A stretch of DNA of 62,777 bases, filler included, from Rhabdomonas costata (Eukaryota), in NCBI GenBank assembly GCA_019059605.1. It is 24 parts of 24 records of this genome, joined end to end, with 100 filler letters (N's around TTAATTAATTAA, not from the genome) between each part and the next. Parts side by side here need not be neighbours in the genome. Positions count along the whole stretch, not along the records: positions 49,791 to 52,308 come from JAHMHO010003040.1; positions 52,409 to 54,926 come from JAHMHO010003041.1; positions 55,027 to 57,544 come from JAHMHO010003042.1; positions 57,645 to 60,163 come from JAHMHO010003043.1; positions 60,264 to 62,777 come from JAHMHO010003044.1; 19 more parts are not named here. One strand, written 5' to 3'. How positions within the stretch are numbered: position 1 is the first letter of the stretch; each line of letters begins with the position of its first letter. A model generated the notes under the pieces. The model had not been told where the DNA came from and did no database searches. It saw nothing but the letters and a program-made list of their open reading frames with translations. Shown one piece after another: positions 49,803-62,286 of the stretch. The translations under genes and the position numbers were made by a program.

Positions 49803-50340
49803 GGGCCCTGCCCGCCGTACCACCCCAGCGCGTACGCCGAGAGCATCCAGTGCAACCACGTGGAGCATTGGAAGCGGCTGCGAGCAAAGCGGGTGAGCGT
49901 GCATACCGAATGCCATGGTGTGTGATGTGCTGTCTTGGTTCCTTGCATGCAAAAGTGCCCGGTTGGTAGGATGAGATTTTGCATTGTTTTGGTGGCGCAG
50001 CATTGGGGAGTGGGATGTTTCTTTGGAGATGAATGCGCGCGAGCGATTTTCGCTTGTGCGTATGTGGATTAGGTTTTTTCCCATTTGTTGTGCGAATGCT
50101 ATTCGGGCGGGTCTCTCTGCCAGTTGCACCTCTGCTGTGGGGTCTTCCTTCGCTCAGGGGTATGCGTACTTTGTGTGCCACTTGTGCACCGCGAAGTGGC
50201 GGCTCCTGCTGCCGTACTCGAAGCCCAAGCGGAGCCCGCCCAGCTCACCCCTGCAGCCCACGTCCAAGTCCTCCGCGCCGGCGTACACGTCGGCCTTCGC
50301 CTACCCCTCGCAGATGCAGATGGTGTGCCGACCCCGCTGA
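49803..50340 (+). CDS. Small zinc-ribbon protein with a CxH-x16-CxxC motif. Exons to 49892 and 50158-50340
   Basis: The GT-AG intron 49893-50157 joins QCNHVEHWKRLRAKR|GYAYFVCHLCTAKWR, flanked by Pro/Ser-rich sequence. Confidence 0.7.
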
Positions 50341-52006
50341 GCCTTCTCGGGGGGCTGTAAAAGCCGACCGGTCCACTAGAGCTTTTCTCGCTTTCCCTCG
50401 ATCACAGCTGCTGCCCAAGCCACGTCGCCTTCAGTCAGACTACTTGTAGCTGCTGGGGCATTTTTTTTGGTTACACTAAGCTTTTCTCTTGTTTCAGCAC
50501 ATGATGTTCCCGTCTCGGCGAAGTTTTCTGTGCTGCAGACACGCCCAACACGCCGGTTTCCTTTCATGCCACCCCCCCGGCCGCCTCAGAGCAATGGCTG
50601 CTCTTCTGCGACCCTACGGTGTGGATCGCAGTGAGTCCCAGTGGGACTCACGGCCAGACTTCGGGAGTGAGTTTTGTTTTTGTCTTTGTTGTTCACTTAA
50701 TTTCAGCCCAAGCGAAGCGGCGGAGGGAAAGGGCACTGCCTAGCAAAGTGGCACAGTGGAGCGTTTCCCTTCTTCCACCAGCAGCTAAGCCTCTGCAGGT
50801 GGGGAGGGCGCGAAGACTTCCCTGCACTCTTTCGCTTGGCGCTCACCTCCGATCCATCTCTTGCACTGTCATTTGCTGCCTGTCCTGTCCTTTCGTCATG
50901 GACTTCTCATAGTCCTTTTTTTTTTTGCATTTGTTGGAGCGACGTGACTGGCGTTCAGCGGTCGACGTCCAGCGATGTGTCCCTTCCGTTTTTTTTTTTT
51001 GCGATGTTGCCCCATTTTAGTTCATTCACTTTGCATGCTCGCCCGATCCCCATTCCTACCCGCACCCCCAGCGCCGCCGCTTTCCCGGCATTTCTGATGT
51101 TCGGTGCGTCGGGTTATGAGACCCGTGCTACTCTTTTGATTTGTTTGCCGTCTCTTCCTTTCGGTTTTTTTGTTCGTCATCTGCCCGCCATCCCCTTGCC
51201 GGCTCTGCCTCTTCTCCCCAACACACTCACACATACACCACTTCCGTCCAGTCTTTCCTGTGTTTTGTGGGTTTTCATCCCAAAGTGGGTTTGCGTTTCG
51301 TTGAGCCCACCAGTGAGCTACCTCACTCTTCATTCCCGCAGTGTTGTTTGGTAGATTCTCAGCGTTCCTGGAAAGACAGCGGGACGAAAGAAAGAAAGAG
51401 AGACAGGGGAAAGAAAAAGCGGAAGACTGGAAGCATATGCTGGGGGGTCAGTTGGGCTCCTGGCTGTCGATTGGAAGAGCCGATGTGGCGGATATGGGAG
51501 TTAAGCGTTGAGGCACACTGCGAGGTGGTTTTCCGAGGAGAAGATCCCCAAGTATAGGCGAGTGCCTGTCTTCTCTTTTGCTTTGCCCTGCCTTCGCCTA
51601 TGCTTTGCTTTGGTTTGCTTTGGTTTGCTTTGCGCTTTGCCTTGCGCCGCTGGTCTAGGACCATGCGTTGATTGTGGTTTCGCTGCTTTGAGCAGCAGCG
51701 TAGTGGTTAGTAGGCGGCAGAAGGCAATGGCTTTTGGTTCTCGTCCTGCAGCAGTTGAGTGCTCAGCTTCTCCTGAGCGCTATACCGCGCGGCGCAGTTC
51801 TGAGGAAGGCAGCAACCGAAATGCAGCGTAGTTCTTTTCTCCTTTCGTGGAACTGCACTGACGTGTCTGGGTGGCAGGAGAGGGAATGGTGTGAGGGGAA
51901 GGCTTTCTTGCCCGGTTTGGGTGTTTGTTTGTTTTGTATATCCTGTCAGCTTTTGTGTTTTCTGTCCAACATTTGGATTTCCCCCCCTTATTGTGCTCTT
52001 TTCGCC

Positions 52007-52237
52007 ATGCAAACGTCAAGCTCTGCCCCTGCTGTCACCCCGAAGGTGGACAAGCGGGCCGTGATTGCGCACCTGTTGAGCTGCGCGGTGGCTGCGCGCA
52101 GCTCCGAGGCCTCTGCCACCCCTGGGGCGACCACTATGCTGACGCCCAGCTCGCGGGCATCATCGGGGGGCCAAGTCCTTCCGAGGCAGTGGATCCGCCC
52201 CCAGGTGCAGGGCGGAGCCGCGGCGACTTCCCAGCAG
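52007..52237 (+). CDS. Probable first exon of an unknown low-complexity protein
   Basis: T-rich upstream sequence, gccATG, GC-rich MQTSSSAPAVTPKVDKRAVIAHLLSC...SQQ, then a GT donor. Confidence 0.45.
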
Positions 52238-52766
52238 GTGGCGGGACTATTTTCTGCTTGCGTCTTTTGTTTGCTTGGACACTAATATGACTTTGGATGT
52301 ATGTGCATNNNNNNNNNNNNNNNNNNNNNNNNNNNNNNNNNNNNNNNNNNNNTTAATTAATTAANNNNNNNNNNNNNNNNNNNNNNNNNNNNNNNNNNNN
52401 NNNNNNNNCGAACTCATTGATGAAAGAACTCTCGCCTCCTGTGGTAGGCAGGCGGGCGTCTCCATCTTACCGCAGCACCGCAGCTAGAAGGTCAGGCGGC
52501 TGAGTCGCTGGGTCTTCAAGACCGCGGCGCTGTGGACGGCGTTGCATCAGTAAGGTTAAAGCACTTGACTGCCCAGGGGGAGCGGTATGGGGAGCGTGGT
52601 GGAGCGAAGCGAGGCAATGCCCAATACGGCTGGGGGGGTGGCTGGCTTCGGTGTTGCCTTTCTCTCTCACACACATTAGCGTTTCGCCCTTATCCTGTGC
52701 GTGTGTGCCTTCTTTGCCACAGCCCAGAAACCAGTCTGATGTGTGTGTCGGGGGTGAAGGTTGCAC

Positions 52767-53913
52767 CGATGGTGATCTGCAGCTGGGCCTTGCGGTTCTC
52801 CAAAGAGAACAGGCCCTTGCTGGCCTGCTCGATGTCGCGTTCCAGGCGGCGGATCTGCAGCTTGAGCACGTCGTGGTTTACCAGCAGCATCTGCTTCTGC
52901 TTCGTCAGCCGCCCCAGCTCCAGCTGGCAGGACTACCGTCCGCACACACAAAAACGCATAGACGCACAAAAAATACCCGATATAGCAATAGGTTGTCCCG
53001 AAACGTCCCATGTCTCAATGGTGATCGAAGCACGTCTCTATTAGTGTGTTCATATTTGAGGGAAAAAATAGCTCAAACAGCTGTCCCCACACCCAAAGGG
53101 AAGCTGTGGCTTTAGAAGAGTCTAATCTCCACCAAAGACCAGCGGCACACAGGCGAAAAAGAGAGATTGTAAATGGAAATAGCAGCTCGTTCGAAAGTGC
53201 ATTATGGCCAGAAGAAACGAGGTTGTCAATAGCGTGCGCGAAAAAAAGGACCGGGACCCCCTGCTTGTGGTCCAATCCTATTGTGTTTAAAGCCGATCGG
53301 GCATGGTGACGAGGAGGGGGGGATTCTGTGCCTCGTTTTCGAGAGTGAAGTCCAGGATGCGGTCGTTCTCGGAGTCCTTGACCCTGTTCTTCTGGTCGAC
53401 CAGCATCTTGCTCTGCCGCACGTCGTCCGCCACACGCTTCACCTGCAAGTCCAGAACCTTGTGCTGCTTCTGCAGGTCATCTGGATCGATGAAGCGTGTA
53501 CAGGTAGGTAAAACCCTCAACCTTAACCCTTAACTTAACCCTCAGCCCAACGAAAAAGAGCAAGGCACACTCATTACGCGACTTTCCGGTGGCGGGGTGC
53601 AATTCGAGGAAGGGGGAAGGGAATCCTTGGTATTTTCCTTCAAATAGGAATATAATCATCCAGCTACACTTGAAAGGGCAGCCTTACAGTAATGCAATCG
53701 AGGGGTGCATGTGTACCCGTAACACATACCAGAGCAGAGACACACGCCCAACTCGTTTTTTTCCTTCCAGGGATGTTGATAATTTTGCATGCAACGAGTT
53801 GACGGGAGTTCCCGCAGCGTACCCAGCATGGTCTGAAGCATGTTGATCTTCTCCTTGAGCTCCTTCTTTTCCTCCTCGGTACGCTCGCCGCGGGCCCGGT
53901 TCACCTTACGCTC
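52767..53913 (-). CDS. CCDC39: CCDC39/FAP59 axonemal ruler coiled-coil protein, partial. Exons 53913-53823, 53480-53332, 52932-52767
   Basis: Spliced product: ERKVNRARGERTEEEKKELKEKINMLQTML|DDLQKQHKVLDLQVKR...TLENE|SCQLELGRLTKQKQMLLVNHDVLKLQIRRL...LFSLENRKAQLQ. Confidence 0.88.
53511..53548 (-). repeat. Degenerate interstitial TTAGGG-like repeats in an intron
   Basis: Plus strand aaaccctcaaccttaacccttaacttaaccctcagccc. Confidence 0.55.
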
Positions 53914-54035
53914 CTAAAAAAGAAACAGGCGTTGGGGTGAGAGAGCATTTGCGAGAAGACCAGCGAGGGAAGGGCGTGGAAAGACGGGGTTCAATAAAAA
54001 GGAGGGCGCGATGGCGTTATGGGGACCAATCCTGT

Positions 54036-54821
54036 TTTCGGTGTATTTTACGGACCCAACGTATCCCACGCAGGGCAATCCATCCGGGAGTTGTGGATCA
54101 GGTGTAGTTTACGGACCCCCGCGATCCCACAGGACACGAAGCAAAAGAAACAATGACAGCCCTCCACAGCAGTCTTTCAAGGCATCCCACAGAATATATA
54201 AGAAGATCGAGCAGCCGCAGGAAGGAAGACGCAGTACGCAGATCCCTACAACCTGATTATATTGCTTTCTTCCAGGTACGACAGAATACAAGATGTTGCA
54301 GGGGGCTAGAGGGCGATGCATGTGGCCCCTGGGACAAGTCAGAAGATCTTGCAGGGGGTTAGAGGGCGATGCACGTGGCCCTTGGGACAAGTCAGAAGAA
54401 ATTGCAGGAGGTTAGAGATGCACACGCGGGGGTGCGGGGAGGTGGAGCCCCCCCGCACAACATACTCTGTACCTCTTCATACCTTCATACCTTCATGCCT
54501 TATCTTGCTGCCATCCCACACGCTTTGCCCTCTCTTGCACCGGGGGCATCGGTAACGCATTCTTTCTTAGCTCCTTCTTGCACTTCTCACACGACTTCGC
54601 TTCCTTCAGTATTCGTACTGTTTGCAAGTATTTGATTAGAGCTTCTTCTTCCATTGACGCGAGTTAAACCAGAGAACAGTCTTTCGCGGTCATTTTCTCC
54701 TTATTTTGCGGGCCCACAGTAGAAATTTCGGTGTATTTTACGGACCCAAGGTTTCCCAGGCAGGAAAATCCATTGGCAAGTTGGGTATCCCACGTATTTC
54801 GGTGTATTGTACGGACCCAGG
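54036..54821 (+). repeat. Four copies of a GGTGTA(N)TTTACGGACCC motif in two pairs
   Basis: Copies near 54036, 54100, 54726 and 54797. Confidence 0.8.
54290..54418 (+). repeat. Tandem repeat of ~54-bp units, about 2.4 copies
   Basis: The unit AAGAT.TTGCAGGGGG.TAGAGGGCGATGCA.GTGGCCC.TGGGACAAGTCAG is repeated. Confidence 0.9.
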
Positions 54822-57800
54822 CTTTCTTTGACATTCTGTTGCTTGCTATGCCGCGGAGAGGAGTGAGATTTCCTGTGGCGAGGCAAAAGAAAGTGAAGGT
54901 GTACCCGTACACCCCCCTTTCGGATCNNNNNNNNNNNNNNNNNNNNNNNNNNNNNNNNNNNNNNNNNNNNTTAATTAATTAANNNNNNNNNNNNNNNNNN
55001 NNNNNNNNNNNNNNNNNNNNNNNNNNGGTGTTGGGTGTTAGGGGAATAAATGGTTATGGGTTAACACACTCCTCAACCGAACCAGATTTCCAGCTGTGGC
55101 GTCCCCGCAGTCTTTTCCCAGGAACGTCACAGCTGCTGTTATAAACAAGGGCATCCTTGTACACGCGGGCTGAGTTCGAGGTTTTTGGGAGGAGGAAATC
55201 AACAACGGCAAGCAGTGTACCCCGATCAGACACACCAGCAGGCACTATTCATTGGAAAAACCCGAGCGGCAATGACTTACAGAGGGCACGGGACGAAAAG
55301 CAGAGGGAAACAAAGGATATCTGCGACAATAATCCAGGTACACATATAGGCAGGAAGGACGGAGGGGTGGGTGGAGCAAAGACTAGAATCGTACGACGGA
55401 AAAGGTGTGAAGAAGGATGAAAGGAGGAAGGCATGATTGCGTGGAAGCCGCACGGGCCCACAGGGTGAGAGGACAGATACACGAACCAGACCAGATCGAA
55501 ATGAAGGCCCACTTTCGGCACGCTCTCAGGTTGGTTATGGACGAAGATCATTGTCTTTAAGCATTGCAGGTGAGGGGGGCGCTCATCTCGCCCGTTAACC
55601 GTTCCGAACCTGAGCCGTGATTTCGATCCCACACAGTATTCTCGCACATTCAAAAACCGTGCTCAACCTGTTTGGAGGTCTCCAGATCAAAGCAGGAGTG
55701 GGCGTATGCGTACGAGTCTCTTTCTTCTTCAACGACTGCCTTTCTCTCTGTCTCAAATTCCGTTTACCGGCTCGTTCGGATGCTGTCTTTCAGAGCTGTC
55801 GCTCTCGCTTTCGTCAACCTCAACTGTTTCTGGGAGTGTTTCCAGCTCCCTTTCGAGCTCCTCGTCAACCACAGGTGCGGAAGTTGTTCGAGTAGGCTCA
55901 CAGTCTGTGCGTCAATTTTTTCTAAAATGACTTAGCGGCATAAATGCATTCATGCCCCCCCCCCCCGACTTAGCTGGATGCGAAGCGGTTGGAACGTGCA
56001 TCGCAGTCCTTGATCAAGGTACTGCTGTATTTTGTGTGTCGCGTTGTGTGTCTGTGTGTTTTTGGGGAGGGAGGCTGCGAGGCGGTAGAACCCGCTGGAC
56101 GACCATCACCCCCGGCCCGACTCCGCTGAAGGGTGCCAATCCATTCACAGAAATTAGGCGTGTGTGTGGTGATGGAGGGAAGTTGGGAGCCCAGGGGGGA
56201 AGTGGACCTCATGCCCCCCCCCCCTTTTTTTTTCGTGGTTTTTAGCGTGACTGTTTCAGTGTAATTCACCGTTTTTTTTCGTAGTTTGTGGTTAAAAATT
56301 ACCCACCTTTGGGACCTCCTGTATTGTTTTCCCGTTTTCGACAGGCACTATAACCATGACTAGCACCCCTTACATCACGGAGCTCATGTTTTCCATTGAG
56401 CTGACCGGCTTCCCCTTCACCTGGTTTTTTCGGCGACATTTTGAATTCGCGGTGGTCAATGCTCTTTCGCCGGCTGCGGAGGTTTCTTTTCTCTCGTCTC
56501 CCCTTTTCAACAAGCAGCTTCAATCACGGTGTTCAATGACTGAACTTTTCTCGCGTACGAGCGTAAACTTGTATATGGAACACGGTGGGCTTTATTGTGC
56601 AGTGCGGCATGCAGTGAATCAGCGCTTTTTTCTGAGCTCTTGATTCTTCTAAACTGGATGCCGAAATGCAGTGGTTTTTGGTGTTGCTTTGAGGTACAGG
56701 TTATCCCACCGCCCTTGCACACGAACTGGTTTCCGCTGAAGCTCGGGAGCTCGAAGGCATTTCAAGGCTCCTACCTAGTGTGGTAAACGCTGCTTGTGGT
56801 AACAATCAGCATTGATAACGGAACAGACTTCTAAAGGGAAGATCTTCAGAATGCATGATGAGACGATGTTTTGCGATTGGGCTCGAAGGATTAGTGTTTG
56901 TTCTGTCGGGGTACGAAAAACTGTGCCCCTGTAAACTTTCACGGGTTTATGGTTTAGGGCGTTTGTATGGAACTGGAGCCCCAAATCGACTGGCAGCTAA
57001 AGAGCGTTTTGCTGGGCATTGACTGACGATACTGCTTTGGGGTGAAGTCTACCAGGAATTTCATTCAGTATGGCTGCCGTAGTGTTGTCTTATGGCTGCA
57101 ATTATTACGCCCCCCTGCCCCACTGGATCCACTCTGTTTGGGCTGTGAACTAGTGCATTTATGGGCCCCTTCCGGAGAGTGCATAAGATATAGGCATGCT
57201 CCACATTCCACTATCCTCTCCACGACCTCCAGCCCCCTTGAAGGTGTTCCGCGAAAATATGACTAGGTCTTCCTGGTCTTGAAGCGTTTAGAGGGTAAAT
57301 TTTGCAGGAAAAATTTTCACTTCGCTCACGCAGATGTGGACAAAGACCAGATAGAGGGAAACGTGGAAATGACAAGAAGGAGCCTTACTCAAAGGACATG
57401 ATAATGTGCTCTTGATGCTCATGACCATGCGAATCTTTCAGATACTTATAGTACAAGCTTATTATATAATCCTGTAAATGACAATGTCATTAACGAATTA
57501 AAAAGCAAAATCAATTTTCTAACCATATTAAAGAACAACAAAACNNNNNNNNNNNNNNNNNNNNNNNNNNNNNNNNNNNNNNNNNNNNTTAATTAATTAA
57601 NNNNNNNNNNNNNNNNNNNNNNNNNNNNNNNNNNNNNNNNNNNNCACTTGCTTTGCCGGGGTGCTGCGCGACAGCGGTTGGCTGCGGTGCTGGAGGTGCA
57701 ACCGAAAGTGTTGGTGTACTCTGGAGTGAGCATGGGACTTCCGATGCAGCTGAGGCTGATGGCGGTGCTGAGGCTGAGAGTGCTGATGCAGCTCACGTCG

Positions 57801-57959
57801 CCTGGCGTCACTAAAGCACAATATATGTGGCATTAGCTGCGGGTGAGGTGGCATTCCCCACTGAGGCCGCTGCAAGCTGAGCACTCCTTTGCACGGCAGT
57901 GGTTTCTCCTGGACTCGGCTGTGGTAGCAGATTTGGATGAGAAGGAAGGCAAGAGCAGG

Positions 57960-58680
57960 TATACCGGAACCATTCAAGGCGCCTAAATAGCTGGGACAGT
58001 TGACGAAGGAGATGGTGCCGCTGCGGACGCGCTGCTACTTCGAAGCGTGGTGATGTAGCGAACGCTGATAAATGTGATCCTGGTCTAGAATGGCACTTTG
58101 TTTGTTGCAGGATGCTGGTGTGTTTGTGTGGTGGGCAGGTGATAACCGGAATATGTATATCGGCTCTCAAGACCCCACACAATAACTCAGCACTGCAGAA
58201 AAGAGACTTCAGCGCACACACTTAAACACACGCACACACACCTCGCCGTCCGACAAAGTCATCGCCACATGCCGCCACCCAACAAAGCCGGGCTCAAAGA
58301 TAAAAATACCTGTGGCCTTGTTCAGAAATAAGAACACGAAGTCCACAAAGGCTATGCTCCAGTACTCCAAATCATCCACCGCGGCAAACGTCTGAGCCGA
58401 TGGAAACGAGACACTCGACATGCTGTACACCCACGACTCCATGGAATAGTTCATCACACCACACAGCTGCGTAAAATTCACCACCACCCCGGAGGACACA
58501 TGGTTGGTAAATGCCAGGCTGGTGCCACCACCAGGCAGCCACGTAACAGAGCAGACCCGAGAGGTTTTCAACTGAGGTGATCCTATATACCCACCCGCGC
58601 TACTGCGCAAGTCCCCTCCTCCACTCCCAGCCACATGTATTTACTATGCTTTAGCAATCAATGAGTCTCAGTCCCACATA
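57960..58680 (-). pseudogene. LamG/concanavalin A-like (Laminin_G_3) domain gene, probably disrupted. Main exon 58634-58242
   Basis: VTWLPGGGTSLAF, YSMESWVY and GWRHVAMTLSDG|gt, then SGTISFVNCPSYLG. In-frame stops upstream (WD*DS..A**) and in the next putative exon (C*VIVWG). Confidence 0.6.
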
Positions 58681-61600
58681 TTTCTGTCTTTCATTATCTG
58701 CCGTTTTAAAAATTATTCCAATTGTCCAATCTGTGAACTTTGCTGTGAACCCAATCCTTTGGGTAATAGTAAAGCTACACTAAATACCAAAGAACACCTG
58801 CTGAGAGGGAAGAAAAGCCTGGACTTCATGCAGCTTCGGAGACTGTGCATTTTCTGAAAGAATGGCACTGCTGCTGGATTTCATGCATGGAAATGTATAC
58901 TGGCACTGCTGAACGAAGATCTCGCACTGATACTGGGCAACCTGAATTTCCGGAGATGGTGCAACCGATTTAAAAGCTCTGCGGATGTATTCGATTGAAA
59001 CCCAAAGTCAGATGGTGACACAAGTCAGTGCAAAATAGGGGGGCTCTAAGAAAGGTACAGCACCACTACCCCCTCCACCTCACTCTAAAAAATACAAAAT
59101 GAAAAAAGCAGTTCGAAAATGGAATTTGCGAGGAAAACAGGACCACATTTGGTAACCCATGGAAGTGCAGGTGGAGCGAACGAGGCAAGAAGAAGCAAAG
59201 GTAATGCCAAGGACTGTGGTGCTCAATAAAGGAACGCCTCGCCACGTTGCCGTTCCCACCACGACGACACGCAAATGCACGTTTTTTCCGTGCACAATAC
59301 ACTCCTCCTCGAAAAAATGCTGAAATCAACCATAATTCCCCGCACGCGCACCACAGCACAGCAGAAGCAAAGTAGCCAAATAAATTAAATGGCTAAAAGA
59401 CGCTTCAGTATAGAAAACAAAACAAAAAATTATTCCACTCAATGAAAGAGACTTTTAGAAAAACTATCTTCCCTACAAACTCAGCAGTGGGGAAGTTGCA
59501 GCCTGGCAACACGATGCAGCTCAAACCGAAGGTCTTCGATGACAACGTTGACATACCTATTACAATAGGACCAAACAACCAAATGGCAGGGAAGCAAGGT
59601 GCCTCGGAATCACTGCGTGCATCACACCCCCGGACACGGAGGCACGCCAAATTATCTGAAATTCCCGCAAACCAACTACACAACTCCACGTACATTCCAT
59701 TTTCCATCGTGCCAAAAAACCCATCCAGTCAATTCCATTCGGCATTTACTCATGCTCCGGTCAATCACTCCCTCCTACCAATTAGCATATATATGAATGA
59801 GCCGTGAGCTGAGTCGCATACTGATGAACTCAGACTGCAATAAACAAAAGGGGGGCTGAGCAGGGAACGTGGGATTTACTACTGCTTCTGCCAAACCGAT
59901 TGTATGCGAAACTCAAAAAATTTCAAGGGCCGCACGCAACTCATGGAGTGCGGTCTTACCACCACACAATGGACATAGCTAAATGAAAAAACTAAAGCAA
60001 CTCACATACTCCTCAGCAGCGGCGGGGCAATCGGATGAGTTCTCACTCCTGGATCCAGTGTCTGGGAAGAGCTGTGGGCACTCCGTGTGGTTCTCAAAAC
60101 TGCCCCCGCAGCCACAGTTCTCGTGGAGCTCTACGATTGCTCGAAGCAATGTCTCCTCCAACANNNNNNNNNNNNNNNNNNNNNNNNNNNNNNNNNNNNN
60201 NNNNNNNTTAATTAATTAANNNNNNNNNNNNNNNNNNNNNNNNNNNNNNNNNNNNNNNNNNNNCCATCCACTACGGGGTTTGCATCCGCCAGGAGAATGC
60301 CGTGACGAGGCGGACAGACTACCAAGGTGTGTGTCTGTGTTTCCCTTCTCCTCAAAAAATTTTTTTGCGCCGGAGGGTGAAAAGCCGGCCTTCCGCACAC
60401 AGGAAAGACCCAGGCCTGCTTCGATTTCGCTCTCTGGCATTGGTTTCTTTTGGTTACATGTCATTGATATACTATGCAAAACTTCTGACATGGGGGGGGG
60501 GTGCGTGGCAGGCATAAATACAACATTTTATTCCAGTATCCCAGCGACTGGTGAAGGGAGGGAGTCCGATGTACTTTTTTTTGGGTTGCGGTTAAATGGT
60601 GTTGATATGTTTATCCCAGAAAAGATAAACCCCACCGCTCGTGAGGGTTTGCTCATTTTCGTTCCTTTTTATACCACAATCTTACAATCCTGTGCCTTGT
60701 GAGGTATTGTCATTTTTATACTGGGGACCGCATCACCACAAGTTGTGTCTGGCTTCTCTTTTGTCATTGCCTACTTCGGCATATCTCAGATGCCTTGCAC
60801 CTGTCGGCTTACCGTGTCTGTTGACCTATTTCGTGCATGCTTTTCCAGAGAACTCCACTCCAGATTAATACGGGCAGAAGATGTCCGTTGTTCTAAATTC
60901 TTGTTCGTCCATCAAAAGCAGATGTCTTTTATACATTGTTCGTGTATCACACGCGCACATTCGCATGCTCTTTTTTCATTCTCAAGTTCTGCTTCCGATG
61001 CTGAACAGGGCCCAACGTGAACCGCTGTGTGTGGCTGCTGGAGCAGACTCTTGGAGGACTCACGTTTCTCACAGGTTGGCTTCCTTCTTCCTCCTGGATA
61101 AATTTTTCGCGTCGTTGGACAGATAAATGGTATTGACCGTAAACAGTCCGAACAGCGTATTTTGACTGGGGGCGTTTAATACCCTGATTCAGGATAGCGC
61201 TGAAGAACAATTCCATTCTCCGCGGTTTCTCGGTTTCTCGGTTTCTCGGGTTAACAAACGGGAAACGTGGCGGTCACAGCGGGGGGGGGGCACGCCCTAA
61301 AGGTGGGCCATCATTGGTTGGACCTTTAAGAACGAAACACCTCACCGGCCCAATGAATGATGTGCGGAACATCAATAAATATTTTCCTTTCTTTTTTTAA
61401 CAGTGGGGGGCTATTTTCGAATGGAGCGTTGTTGTGGCTACAATGCCACACACAGTGGAAATCGCGGTCTGAACGATTTTCAGCGACCGTGCCGTAATGC
61501 ACAAGCTTCGCGGTAGTCCTGGCCTCACTTTTAAATTGGAATGCCCTGTATTTTTTGGGGAGTGGATATCCTGTGCATAAGCATGCCTGCTTGGCTCTGC

Positions 61601-62160
61601 CTCGCAGACAAAGTGGAGGAGAAGCTTCGCATGGCGCGGGATCCGCTTCATGGCGAGCCAGTTTTCACTCCCGTGGGAACTCGCCTGTTTGGGGTGTGAT
61701 TCATTTGCACGCACATTAACACTCGACTGCGACTGCGATTGCACTATATTGCACTATATTCTCTCGCCACAAACATACACACACTCTCTGATCGGCGTCT
61801 TTCTTTCAGGGGCGCAAACACATTCTTTTCTAGCCGCAAGGGTGAGTCAGACAAAGGGGGTGGCAGCGTGTATTGTATGTATGAGCTAGTTAGTGAACTA
61901 AAAAGCTCCATCCTCCGAAATTATGCAAATAAGTCAGTGTGTATCTTACGGAGTTAAGATACTCCACAACACTATACTCCACCCGAACGCAGCGCCGTTC
62001 GATCACACAGAGATGCATTCTTCAGATGGCTTTCTGCCCTGAATATGCGATGAAGCTTGGCCGGCGGAAACAGTTTTGCCAGCATGGCCTGAAAGGGTGC
62101 AAGTTCTTGTGGAACCGAAGGATACCCCTGTACACTCCCCCCCCCCTCCTTGTCCTGCAG

Positions 62161-62286
62161 GCCTCAGGGTCCGAGTCCATTCCCATTCTGTGTGGGCTGC
62201 CCCGGCAGCTGGCCCGGCGCTCCGCCGACTCAGCACTGAAGGCAAAGCCCCCCGCCATGGCCAGCAGCGTCACCACTCTGTCTCAG
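62161..62286 (+). CDS. Possible internal exon of an unknown protein
   Basis: Pyrimidine tract + ctgcag acceptor, GC-rich open block, cag|gt donor. Confidence 0.3.

Noticed and set aside
55060-55930. Decayed minus-strand reading frames (also 9500-10380, 35645-36300, 39500-40500)
   Set aside because: Protein-like in places, but no family motif could be supported.
32942-58200. Genome-wide UGA recoding, suggested by in-frame TGA in the toxin and LamG models
   Set aside because: Conserved genes (dynein, ACC, HslU) have no in-frame TGA, dynein and ACC use TGG for Trp, and the LamG locus also has TAG/TAA stops.
59805-59920. Hammerhead ribozyme (CTGATGA ... GAAAC)
   Set aside because: The pairings do not form the three-way junction. 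Similar partial cores near 15230-15255 and 26080 also fail.
2522-60263. Regularly spaced TTAATTAATTAA motif as a biological repeat or CRISPR-like array
   Set aside because: It is always centred in a fixed N spacer, so it is an artificial six-frame-stop linker.
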